DNA of 64,000 nucleotides from an uncultured Gemmiger sp. Its GTDB lineage: Bacteria; Bacillota; Clostridia; Oscillospirales; Ruminococcaceae. The DNA lies in NCBI GenBank assembly GCA_963557315.1, contig CAUWAX010000014.1, positions 12,648-76,647 of the forward strand, given 5' to 3'. Numbering within the stretch: position 1 is the first letter of the stretch; the number at the start of each line of letters is the position of its first letter. Below are positions 9,338 to 17,410 of the stretch, piece after piece. Below the pieces are notes generated by a model that searched no databases, was not told where the DNA came from, and saw only the letters and a program-made list of their open reading frames with translations. A program made the position numbers and the translations under genes.

Positions 9338-9372
9338 AAAAAGGGGGCGGTCCCGGGGGACCGTCCCTTTTT
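9338..9372 (-). terminator. Intrinsic terminator of the amt-PII gene
   Basis: 10-bp GC stem (GGGGCGGTCC/GGACCGTCCC) with flanking A- and T-tracts, 9 nt after the stop at 9381. Confidence 0.75.
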
Positions 9373-9380
9373 CCATCGTA

Positions 9381-11096
9381 TTATTCCACATCCTGCAAGG
9401 CGGCGTAATCCTGTTCCCCGGTGCGGACCTTGACGACCTTTGCCACATTGTAGACGAAGATCTTGCCGTCACCGATATGCCCAGTATACAATGCCTTGGT
9501 CGCCGCGTCGATGATGGTATCGACGGGGATCTTGCTGATGACGACTTCCACCTTGACCTTGGGCAGCAAGGTAGTGTCCACTTCAGCACCACGATATTTC
9601 TCGCCGCTGCCCTTTTGCAGGCCGCAGCCCATAACTTGGGTCACGGTCATGCCGGTAACGCCGACGCGGTTGAGTGCTTGCTTCAGGGCGTCGAACTTGG
9701 CTAGCTGGACGATGATGGAAACTTTGTGCATGCCGGAATCCAACTCCGCAGGCAAAGGCGCTTCTTTCTGCACCTTGACGGCGGCGGCCACCTTGGAGGG
9801 GCTGGCCTTGGTGATGTCATCCTCTCCCAGATCGGTGTTCTCGTTGACATCCAGTTCCGCGTAGGTCGCGTCGCTGATGGCAAAGCCCGCGTAAGCACTG
9901 GTCAGGCCATGTTCGTGGATGTCCAGACCGTCGATTTCTTCCTGTTCGGTCACCCGCAGGCCGATGGTTTTCTTGATGAGGGTAAAGATGATGAACATCG
10001 AAACCAGCACCCAGACCAGCACGCTGAGCAAGCCCAGCACCTGCACGCCGAAGAAGGAGAAGCCGTGGCCGTAGAAAACGCCTTGGCTGGTGGAGAAAAG
10101 ACCGGTGGCCAAGGTGCCCCAAGCACCGTTGGCGCAGTGGACCGAGACAGCGCCCACAGGGTCATCGATCTTGGCCACGTTGTCGAAAAATTCTACCGAG
10201 AAGATGCAAAGGATGCCGGCCACGATGCCGATGATGGCAGCGCCGAAGGGATCGACCATGTCACAGCCGGCGGTGATGGCCACCAGACCGGCCAGCGCGC
10301 CGTTGAAGGTCAGGGAAACATCGGGTTTGCCGTAGCGGACCCAGGTGGTGATGAGGGCGGAGCAGGTAGCCAGCGCCGCCGCCAAGTTGGTGTTGAAGCA
10401 GATCAAACCGGCGGAGATCATGGTATCGTCGCCTGTCATCGATACGGTAGAGCCGCCGTTGAAGCCGAACCAGCAGAACCAGAGGATAAAGACGCCCAGC
10501 GCCATGGCGGTGAGGTTGTGGCCGGGGATGGCGCGAGCCTTGCCGTCCTTGCCGTATTTGCCGATGCGGGGCCCGAGCATCCAAGCGCCGAGGCAAGCGG
10601 TGACGCCGCCGACGAAGTGAACGGCAGTGGAACCGGCAAAGTCATGGAAGCCTAGCTGGCTGAGCCAGCCGCCGCCCCAGATCCAGTGCCCGGAGATGGG
10701 GTAGACGATGAGGCTGATGGCCGCCGAGTAGAGGCAGTAGGCACTGAACTTGGTGCGCTCGGCCATGGAGCCGGACACAATGGTGGCAGCGGTGGCGCAG
10801 AAGACGGTCTGGAACACCACATAGACCCACAGCGGCAGGCTGCCGAAGTCGTAGCTGCCCTGAATGAACGGGTCAAACCCGCCGATGAAGGCGCCGGTGC
10901 CCGCAAACATCACACCGAAGCCAACCAGCCAGAAACAAGGTGTGCCAATACAAAAGTCCATCATATTCTTCATCAGAATATTGCCGGTATTTTTGGCACG
11001 GGTCAAGCCTGCTTCACATAGGGCGAAGCCTGCCTGCATGAAAAAGACCATGAACGCCGCAACCAGTGTCCATGTAACGTCTGCCGAACTGTACAT
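9381..11096 (-). CDS. Ammonium transporter (Amt) fused to a C-terminal P-II (GlnB/GlnK) domain
   Basis: Amt core (FMQAGFALCEAG ... HFVGG ... many TM helices) runs in one frame into a P-II domain (MHKVSIIVQLAKFDALKQAL...GDGKIFVYNV). Start chosen at MYSS (11096); ATGs at 11102 and 11123 are alternatives. Confidence 0.9.
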   Translation of the reverse strand: MYSSADVTWTLVAAFMVFFMQAGFALCEAGLTRAKNTGNILMKNMMDFCIGTPCFWLVGFGVMFAGTGAFIGGFDPFIQGSYDFGSLPLWVYVVFQTVFCATAATIVSGSMAERTKFSAYCLYSAAISLIVYPISGHWIWGGGWLSQLGFHDFAGSTAVHFVGGVTACLGAWMLGPRIGKYGKDGKARAIPGHNLTAMALGVFILWFCWFGFNGGSTVSMTGDDTMISAGLICFNTNLAAALATCSALITTWVRYGKPDVSLTFNGALAGLVAITAGCDMVDPFGAAIIGIVAGILCIFSVEFFDNVAKIDDPVGAVSVHCANGAWGTLATGLFSTSQGVFYGHGFSFFGVQVLGLLSVLVWVLVSMFIIFTLIKKTIGLRVTEQEEIDGLDIHEHGLTSAYAGFAISDATYAELDVNENTDLGEDDITKASPSKVAAAVKVQKEAPLPAELDSGMHKVSIIVQLAKFDALKQALNRVGVTGMTVTQVMGCGLQKGSGEKYRGAEVDTTLLPKVKVEVVISKIPVDTIIDAATKALYTGHIGDGKIFVYNVAKVVKVRTGEQDYAALQDVE

Positions 11097-11132
11097 ACAC
11101 ATAACCCCTTTCATTCCCCACAAACACAGAAA

Positions 11133-11161
11133 GCGCCGGGCAGATTTCTCTGCCCGGCGTC
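11133..11161 (-). promoter_or_regulatory. Terminator-like hairpin in the amt 5' leader (possible attenuator)
   Basis: On the minus strand: GACGCCGGGCAGA-GAAA-TCTGCCCGGCGC followed by CTTTCTGTGTTTGT, about 35 nt upstream of the start codon. Confidence 0.4.
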
Positions 11162-11620
11162 TTTGCCGTTTGTTTCGTTGCGCCTATGCTACCACAAGCT
11201 CTGCGCGGGGTCAAGCAAAAATTGCCCTTTTTACCATTTTTTGGAACGTTGCCCGTCCCCTTTCCAAGGTTTTCCACCGTTTTTAGGCAAGATGCCGAAG
11301 CAAAACTTTCTTTTCTTTTGTCAAAAGCCTTTTTTCTTCTCTTATACGCTTCTCTCTATTTATTTTCTTAAGTTTACCGTCCTGCTGCCTTTGGCTGCCC
11401 AAAGGACGCGGTTCCCCCAAAAGAGGGCGCCTTGGGCCGAAAAGGCCCGCGGTGCAGGGTTTTGGGAAAAGTCCATCCGGCAGGACGCCCAACATGTCGT
11501 GACATTTGTTAATTTTTTTGTAAAAAAATCTACCAAAAAAATGCACATTGTGATATAATACAATCAAATGTCGCTTGTACAAATTTATCCATGGTTTTAA
11601 CCAAAAGGAGGAAACCTGTC

Positions 11621-12034
11621 ATGCCCAACCTTGCATTGCTGGCGTTGGAAGCCAGCGACGGCACCGTGGTTCTGACCAGTATTGTGCTGGTCTTTGCGAT
11701 GCTGGTCGCCTTGTGCCTGATTATCACGGTGGAAGGCAAAATTTTCGACAGTATGAACAAAAAGCCGGAAAAACCGCAGCCTCCCAAGGCGGATAAACCC
11801 GCCCCGAAGCCTGCGCCCAAACCGGCGGCCAAGCCGCAGGCGCCTGCCGCCAAGGCGGACAACGGCGCCATCCCCGGCGAGATCATTGCCGCCATTTCGG
11901 CAGCAGTAGCCAGCGTGATGGGTGAGGGTGCCGTGATCCACGGGATCCGCCGCGTGACGAAATCCGGTAAAGGCTCCCGCCGTGGTGCGTGGGGCGATGC
12001 GGGTGTGCGGGAGCACACCACGCCGTTCATGTAA
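11621..12034 (+). CDS. OadG-family Na+-translocating decarboxylase gamma subunit
   Basis: ATG 11621 has AAAAGGAGG upstream. Single N-terminal TM helix, Pro/Ala/Lys linker and the conserved IIAAISAAVASVMG C-terminal block. Lies directly upstream of the beta subunit. Confidence 0.7.
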   Translation: MPNLALLALEASDGTVVLTSIVLVFAMLVALCLIITVEGKIFDSMNKKPEKPQPPKADKPAPKPAPKPAAKPQAPAAKADNGAIPGEIIAAISAAVASVMGEGAVIHGIRRVTKSGKGSRRGAWGDAGVREHTTPFM

Positions 12035-12046
12035 GGAGGGCTGAAA

Positions 12047-13237
12047 ATGGGTGCGATTTTTACCAATATTGCCGAGATTTTCGCCAACTCCGGCTGGGCG
12101 CAGATCTTTTTTGTTGAGGGCGGCTGGAAGTACGCCGTCATGTTGGCGGTAGCCTGTGTGCTGCTGTATCTGGCCATCGTCAAGCAGTTCGAGCCGCTGC
12201 TGCTGTTGCCCATCGGCTTCGGCATGCTGATGACCAACCTGCCGTTGGACGGCATTTTCCACATCGAGATCTTCCTGAACGAAACCAACCACATCAACTG
12301 GGAGATGCTGGGCAGTTCGGGCGGCATGGTGGACTACATCTACTTAGGCGTCAAGCTGGGCATCTATCCGCCGTTGATCTTCTTGGGCATCGGTACCATG
12401 ACCGACTTCACCCCGCTGATTGCCCGCCCGTCCAGCCTGCTGCTGGGTGCTGCGGCTCAGTTGGGTATCTTCTTCACCTTCATTGGCGCGAAGATTCTGG
12501 GCTTCACCGGTCCCGAAGCGGCCTCCATCGGCATCATCGGCGGTGCCGACGGCCCGACCGCGATCTTCACCACCACCCGTTTGGCGCCTCATCTGTTGGG
12601 TTCCATTGCGGTGGCGGCCTACTGTTACATGGCGCTGGTGCCGGTCATTCAGCCGCCCATCATGCGTTTCCTGACTACCGAAAAAGAGCGCCAGATCGTT
12701 ATGACGGCGCCCCGGCAGGTTTCTAAGACCGAGAAGATCCTCTTCCCCATCATCGTTACGATCATCGTCAGCCTGACGCTGCCCGATGCCGCCATTCTGG
12801 TGGGCTGCCTGATGATGGGCAACCTGATGAAGGAATCCGGCGTGGTGGAGCGTATCACCAAGACCGCCGGCAACGAGCTCATGAACATCATCACGATCTT
12901 CTTGGGCTTCTCGGTTGGCTGCACCACCAATGCTTCCACCTTCCTGAACCTCCAGACCGTCGAGATCATCGTCTTGGGCGTTGTGGCCTTCGGTGTGGGT
13001 ACCGCAGGCGGCGTGCTGCTGGGCAAGATCATGTGCGCCGTGACCGGCGGCAAGATCAACCCGCTGATCGGTTCTGCCGGCGTGTCGGCGGTGCCGATGG
13101 CGGCCCGTGTCAGCCAGAAGGTCGGTCAGGAGTACAACCCCCGCAACTACCTGCTCATGCATGCCATGGGCCCCAACGTGGCGGGCGTTATCGGTTCTGC
13201 GGTTGCAGCCGGTATCTTGATCAACATGTTCGGTTGA
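12047..13237 (+). CDS. Na+-translocating decarboxylase beta subunit (OadB/GcdB/MmdB family)
   Basis: 396-aa polytopic membrane protein with family-typical blocks (FEPLLLLPIGFGML, GIIGGADGPTAIF, GSAGVSAVPMAARV). Substrate cannot be assigned. Confidence 0.88.
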   Translation: MGAIFTNIAEIFANSGWAQIFFVEGGWKYAVMLAVACVLLYLAIVKQFEPLLLLPIGFGMLMTNLPLDGIFHIEIFLNETNHINWEMLGSSGGMVDYIYLGVKLGIYPPLIFLGIGTMTDFTPLIARPSSLLLGAAAQLGIFFTFIGAKILGFTGPEAASIGIIGGADGPTAIFTTTRLAPHLLGSIAVAAYCYMALVPVIQPPIMRFLTTEKERQIVMTAPRQVSKTEKILFPIIVTIIVSLTLPDAAILVGCLMMGNLMKESGVVERITKTAGNELMNIITIFLGFSVGCTTNASTFLNLQTVEIIVLGVVAFGVGTAGGVLLGKIMCAVTGGKINPLIGSAGVSAVPMAARVSQKVGQEYNPRNYLLMHAMGPNVAGVIGSAVAAGILINMFG

Positions 13238-13262
13238 TTTTTCCACAAAACGCGTAAAATGT

Positions 13263-13292
13263 CCCGGCTGCTGCGGCAGCCGGGGCTTTTTT
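13263..13292 (+). terminator. Intrinsic terminator after the decarboxylase beta subunit
   Basis: CCCGGCTGC-TGCG-GCAGCCGGG followed by GCTTTTTT. Confidence 0.8.
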
Positions 13293-13482
13293 GTTGACAC
13301 TCGTTCAATTTTACAAAATGTTCATATCAGTATCATAGTTTCTTAGCAGTTATCCTGTATTGTATTAGGCACAGGGAACCGGAGCCGCAACCGGAACCCT
13401 GGAACATGATTCCTCCTCACACCAAACCGATACCCCAAAATGCCCCCGCCCGGAGCCGCAACCGGACGGGGGCAATGCTTTT

Positions 13483-13517
13483 GTTCCTTCTTTGCAAAGA
13501 AGGAACCGAAGAAACTC
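13483..13517 (+). repeat. IHR copy 5, type A
   Basis: GTTCCTTCTTTGCAAAGAAGGAAC-CGAAGAAACTC. Confidence 0.9.
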
Positions 13518-13522
13518 TCATC

Positions 13523-13561
13523 AAAAATCCCCAGCTGGATTGTATCCAGCCGGGGATTTTT
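13523..13561. terminator. Bidirectional intrinsic terminator (3' of the hydrolase gene)
   Basis: AAAAATCCCCAGCTGGAT-TGT-ATCCAGCCGGGGATTTTT. Confidence 0.8.
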
Positions 13562-13610
13562 AGTCAGTGTTCTTTGGTCCCTTCTCTTCAGGAAATGAAC
13601 GGCACAACCA

Positions 13611-14555
13611 TTATCTCAATACGCTATAAAGAAAGTCCGCTGTGGTCTGCCGCAGGTCGGCGTCCAGTTGTTCATTCACGGCGGGGTCGCTGCTGGTATA
13701 GTTGTGGTCCCCCTGTACAAAGGGGTCCAGCACCACGGTGCTTTCCGGCAGGCTCTGGACGGTGGCTACCGTTTCGGTGATGGTGGTTTCGCTCAAAACT
13801 GTTTCGTTGCCGCTGTATGTCAGCAAAACCGGCAGTCCGGCTTCCCGCAAAGCGGCGTTGGGGTCGCTGTTCTGCATCCCCTGTACAAATTCAGCACTGA
13901 TGTCTACCCCCCACTTGGTGGCTGTCTGCCCGCTGGACAACGCCGCGGATGCGATGGCTTCCACCTGTGCAAGGTCCCCGATGTTTAAAAATTCCAGACC
14001 CATCAGTCCGGTACCGTTGGCGGGGCTCCACAAGACCAGCGCCGATACCTGTTCATAGCCCTGCTGGGCACTGATTTGGGGGTACAGGCTGGCCAGCCGT
14101 CCGCCCATGCTGTGGCCTACCAGCGCGGTGGCACCGCGGGTGTTGTATTCTTGCTTCATGTACCCGATGACTGCATTCACGTCGGCGGCCATGTTGTCCA
14201 GCGTGTAGGCGGTGTAGGGTTCGGTGCTGTCCCCGCAGCCCGCAAAGTCTAACCGTACACTGGCAATGCCTTCTTCGGCCAGATCCTCGGCCAACGGGCC
14301 AAAATGCCCGTCACCGTCCCGGTTGCCGGTAAAACCGTGGCACAGGACCACCAACGGTACCGTATCGCCTCGGCTAAGTTTGTTGGGCATCTGCACCGTG
14401 GCGTAGATGTCGCCCCGGGGACCCGGAATTACCTCGTCCCGGGCAGCCGGTGTTTTCCACAACAGCAGGGCCAGTGCCCCCGCTGCGCAAAGCGCTAACA
14501 CCGCAATGCAAAGCCATAACGTCCTCATGCCCCGGCGACGATCGTATTGCTTCAT
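13611..14555 (-). CDS. Membrane-anchored alpha/beta-fold hydrolase
   Basis: 314 aa with an N-terminal TM helix, the HGFTGN oxyanion-region motif and the nucleophile elbow GHSMGG. Confidence 0.8.
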   Translation of the reverse strand: MKQYDRRRGMRTLWLCIAVLALCAAGALALLLWKTPAARDEVIPGPRGDIYATVQMPNKLSRGDTVPLVVLCHGFTGNRDGDGHFGPLAEDLAEEGIASVRLDFAGCGDSTEPYTAYTLDNMAADVNAVIGYMKQEYNTRGATALVGHSMGGRLASLYPQISAQQGYEQVSALVLWSPANGTGLMGLEFLNIGDLAQVEAIASAALSSGQTATKWGVDISAEFVQGMQNSDPNAALREAGLPVLLTYSGNETVLSETTITETVATVQSLPESTVVLDPFVQGDHNYTSSDPAVNEQLDADLRQTTADFLYSVLR

Positions 14556-14631
14556 GGTCCCCTCCTTTGGGTTTGGGTTGGTTTCGTATCTTCATTAAAA
14601 CCAATTCCCTGTACTTTGTCAATATCTCCTT

Positions 14632-14667
14632 GTTCCTTCTTTGCAAAGAAGGAACCGAAGAAATTTC
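14632..14667 (+). repeat. IHR copy 6, type A
   Basis: GTTCCTTCTTTGCAAAGAAGGAAC-CGAAGAAATTTC. Confidence 0.9.
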
Positions 14668-14693
14668 AATCTTTTATCCCATGAATGGGTTCT

Positions 14694-14947
14694 TGTGGAA
14701 AAGTCAAAATCCCCCAATCCATTCACGCCCCGGGAAGTCCCCCCTTCTTTCCAAAACAGGAAGCAGAAATTCCAAATCTTTATCCCATACATATGCTGTT
14801 GCGGGAACCCCAAACTCCCACGGACTTGACTAAGTTATCAACAGCCTTCTCTGAAATCGTGGATAACTTTCTTCTTTTTCCCACACATCTCTCCAGAAAT
14901 TTTCTCTGATCTGTCCGGTTTCTTTTTTTCCACACCGGTGTGGAAAA
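14694..14947. promoter_or_regulatory. DnaA-box cluster A (six boxes in about 255 bp) in a gene-free 570-bp gap downstream of jag
   Basis: Boxes: 14694-702 (rc TTTTCCACA), 14835-43 TTATCAACA, 14858-66 (rc TTATCCACG), 14877-85 TTTCCCACA, 14926-34 TTTTCCACA, 14939-47 (rc TTTTCCACA). The last two form a perfect 22-bp palindrome. Confidence 0.6.
14744..14773 (+). repeat. IHR copy 7 (degenerate, stem broken)
   Basis: CCTTCTTTCCAAAACAGGAAGCAGAAATTCC. Confidence 0.55.
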
Positions 14948-15036
14948 CTATTCGGGTTTTGTCGCTCTTTTTCCTAGTCCCGATGAATGGGAGGGAGTGT
15001 CCTTTGCTTGTAAGAAAGAGCCAAGACCCTCGATAT

Positions 15037-15075
15037 AAAACGAACCCGCAGGGGGTTTCCCTGCGGGTTCGTTTT
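15037..15075. terminator. Bidirectional intrinsic terminator 3' of jag
   Basis: AAAACGAACCCGCAGGG-GGTTT-CCCTGCGGGTTCGTTTT. Confidence 0.85.
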
Positions 15076-15080
15076 GTATA

Positions 15081-15118
15081 AAGTTCTTTTGGTTCTTTTC
15101 TTACAAGCAAGAAAAGAA
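15081..15118 (-). repeat. IHR copy 8, variant stem
   Basis: AAGTTCTTTTGG-TTCTTTTCTT-ACAAGC-AAGAAAAGAA, between the jag stop (15126) and the terminator. Confidence 0.7.
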
Positions 15119-15125
15119 TAAACCA

Positions 15126-16226
15126 TCACAGTTCGATCTTGCCGAAGGCGAAGTCGTCGCCGTCGTGGATGCGCTCGACGGTTTTGGGAGCCATGGGCTG
15201 GGCGTTGGGGTCCCGGGGCGTGTCGGCAAACTCACGGCCGGGCACGCTGGATTTGGGACCATTGTACCGGCTGCCGCCTTCACGGCGGGGACCGCGGCCG
15301 CCACGGCCGCCACGACCCTCACGACGACCACCGCGACCGCCGTCACGACGGCCGCCACGGCCACCCTCACGGCGTCCGCCGCGGACGTTGCGGGCATTGT
15401 CACGGTCAGGCAGGTTGCTGGCATTGGGGTCGGTGGAATAGATCACCACGCGGCGGGCCGGGCCTTCGCCCTTGCTCTCGCTGCGCACACCCTCGATGTC
15501 CGCCACGGCGGTGTGGATGATGTGCCGCTCGTAGGGGTTCATGGGTTCCATCTCGTAGTAGCAGCCGGTGCGGATGACCCGCTCGGCAATGCGGCGGGCC
15601 AAAGCCGCCAGATCGTCTTCCCGCTTGCCGCGGTAGCCGCCCACATCCAGACCCAGCTTCACGTAGGGGCCTTCCATCCGGTTGACCACCAGGCTGGCCA
15701 GATAGGACAGGCTCTCCATCGTTCCGCCGCGGCGTCCGATCAGCGCACCCATGTGGCTGCCGCTGACCCGCAGAATGGTGGCTTCGCCCTTCTTCAGTGC
15801 CGAGAAGGTGAAGTCCTCCACCCCCATCAGCTTAAAGATCGGGGTCAGGTATTCCACAGCGGCCTGCAGCCGGGGATCGGCGTTGATGTCCAGTTCCTGC
15901 TCTTCCGCTTCCTGCGGGGCGGGCTGCTCCGCGGGCTGGGCGGGGGTTTCCTCGGCCGGAGCAGCGGCGGGGGCAACTTCCTCCACCGGGGCCGGTGCGG
16001 CCTCCACAGGGGCCTCCGGGGCGGCCTGAGGTGCTTCCACGGGGGCAGCCTCCGGCTCCTCCACCGTTACCCGCACCTTGGCCGGGATAGTTTTAAACAA
16101 TTTCCGGGCCGGAAATTCCAACACTTCATAGCTGACGTTCAAATCGTCACGGTTCACACCCAGCGCTTCGCAGGCGGCCTCCACAGCGGCCTCTACGGTG
16201 CGGGCACTCATTTCAATGCTGCGCAT
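15126..16226 (-). CDS. khpB: Jag/KhpB RNA-binding protein (Jag_N, KH, R3H) with an Arg/Gly-rich C-terminal extension
   Basis: ATG 16226 has GGAGGGAG upstream. Jag_N (ARTVEAAVEAACEALGV), then an acidic Pro/Ala linker, then KH/R3H (YERHIIHTAV). After R3H comes GGRREGGRGGRRDGGRGGRREGRGGRGGRG. Position downstream of yidC is conserved. Confidence 0.85.
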   Translation of the reverse strand: MRSIEMSARTVEAAVEAACEALGVNRDDLNVSYEVLEFPARKLFKTIPAKVRVTVEEPEAAPVEAPQAAPEAPVEAAPAPVEEVAPAAAPAEETPAQPAEQPAPQEAEEQELDINADPRLQAAVEYLTPIFKLMGVEDFTFSALKKGEATILRVSGSHMGALIGRRGGTMESLSYLASLVVNRMEGPYVKLGLDVGGYRGKREDDLAALARRIAERVIRTGCYYEMEPMNPYERHIIHTAVADIEGVRSESKGEGPARRVVIYSTDPNASNLPDRDNARNVRGGRREGGRGGRRDGGRGGRREGRGGRGGRGPRREGGSRYNGPKSSVPGREFADTPRDPNAQPMAPKTVERIHDGDDFAFGKIEL

Positions 16227-16238
16227 GCTGCTCCCTCC

Positions 16239-17258
16239 TTAGTGTTGCAACGGCGTGGTCCGTTCATCCTTGTACAGCTCGGCTTCGCGCTTGCGCGCCA
16301 GTTCCAAACGCAGCTTGTTGGCTTCGCCGCCGGTGACTTCCTTGGTGACGGTCTGACCGTTTTCCTCAAAGGTCACTGTCTTTTTCTTTTTCTTTTCCGC
16401 GCGCTTGGCAGCCAGTTCGGCCTCATACTGGGCCTTGAATTTTTCGGGGCTGTAAATGCGGTAGGTCACAAAGCTCTGTCCAATCTGGAACAGGTTGGAC
16501 ACGCCGTAGTACAGCGAGAAACCGACGGGGGCATTGAAGCAGAAAGAAACAAACATCAAGTTCATGACCCACATCATGATCTTCATGCTGCCCTGCATCT
16601 GGGCGCCCATGCCGGAGAGTTTCTGGGTGAAGATGTAGCTCAGGATCATCGTCACAGCGGCGATGATGGGGAAGATGGCAATGGGGGTGAGATTAAAGCC
16701 GGGGATATCGCACATATCCATGCCGAAGAAGGTGGTGTTGAAGTTCTGGATCTCGGTGACCACGTTGGCAGGGATGATGTCGGGGCTGATGACGGCACCG
16801 CTGTGGATAGCCTGGATCAGCTGGGTCTGCATGGTGGTAGCGTTGGCAGTCGCCAGACCCAGAGCCTCGCAGGCCTGACGGACGGCGGCATCCGACACAC
16901 CGAAGATGTAGTGCACGGGGTAGTACACAACGCCCAAGAAGCCGAACAGCACCAGCATGGTGAGCAGCATGGGCAGACAGCCGGCCATGGGATTAAAGCC
17001 GTGTTCCTGCTGCAGCTTCATCAGTTCTTCTTGCTGCTTTTGGGGGTTGTTTTTGTACTTTTGCTGGATCTCGTTCACCAGCGGCTGGAACACCGACATT
17101 TTGGCGGTGGACTTCTGCTGGTGAATCGCCAGCGGGAAGAGCAGCAGCTTGATGATAAGGGTGGCAACGATCATCGTTGCCGCGTAGTTGCCGATGAGGT
17201 TGTACAGTACCTTCACCAGCGGGCCCAGAATGATGGCCAGGAAGTAGAAAATTTGCAT
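16239..17258 (-). CDS. yidC: Membrane protein insertase YidC
   Basis: 339 aa with Oxa1/YidC blocks (LLFPLAIHQQKS, MAGCLPMLL). Synteny with jag, yidD and rnpA. Confidence 0.9.
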   Translation of the reverse strand: MQIFYFLAIILGPLVKVLYNLIGNYAATMIVATLIIKLLLFPLAIHQQKSTAKMSVFQPLVNEIQQKYKNNPQKQQEELMKLQQEHGFNPMAGCLPMLLTMLVLFGFLGVVYYPVHYIFGVSDAAVRQACEALGLATANATTMQTQLIQAIHSGAVISPDIIPANVVTEIQNFNTTFFGMDMCDIPGFNLTPIAIFPIIAAVTMILSYIFTQKLSGMGAQMQGSMKIMMWVMNLMFVSFCFNAPVGFSLYYGVSNLFQIGQSFVTYRIYSPEKFKAQYEAELAAKRAEKKKKKTVTFEENGQTVTKEVTGGEANKLRLELARKREAELYKDERTTPLQH

Positions 17259-17353
17259 AGCATGTCCATTCTGCCCCGGCTGCGCCCGGAAGCGTGTATT
17301 TTAACGTAGGTCTTTGCCGCGCAGCGCAAAGACATGAGAGGCAATGTGATGGT

Positions 17354-17410
17354 CCTACTTTCTTTGCAAAGACCTACTTTCTTTGCAAAGAAAGTAGGCA
17401 AAGAAACTCC
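17354..17410 (+). repeat. IHR copy 9, stem type B with a duplicated left half
   Basis: CCTACTTTCTTTGCAAAGA + CCTACTTTCTTTGCAAAGAAAGTAGG + CAAAGAAACTCC. Confidence 0.9.

Larger units (their letters stand above)
9131..9340. repeat. Two tandem units of about 105 bp, each ending in an IHR hairpin
   Basis: CCCGCAG...CACACCGGGCGG...CCATTCCCGGGCTATAAAATTGGAATTTCTTCGGTTCCTTCTTTG(C/T)AAAGAAGG occurs at 9131 and again at 9236. Confidence 0.85.

Noticed and set aside
14674-14788. Two TTATCCCAT motifs (14674 and 14780) as additional DnaA boxes
   Set aside because: Each has three mismatches to TTATCCACA in the critical 3' half, so they were not counted in cluster A.
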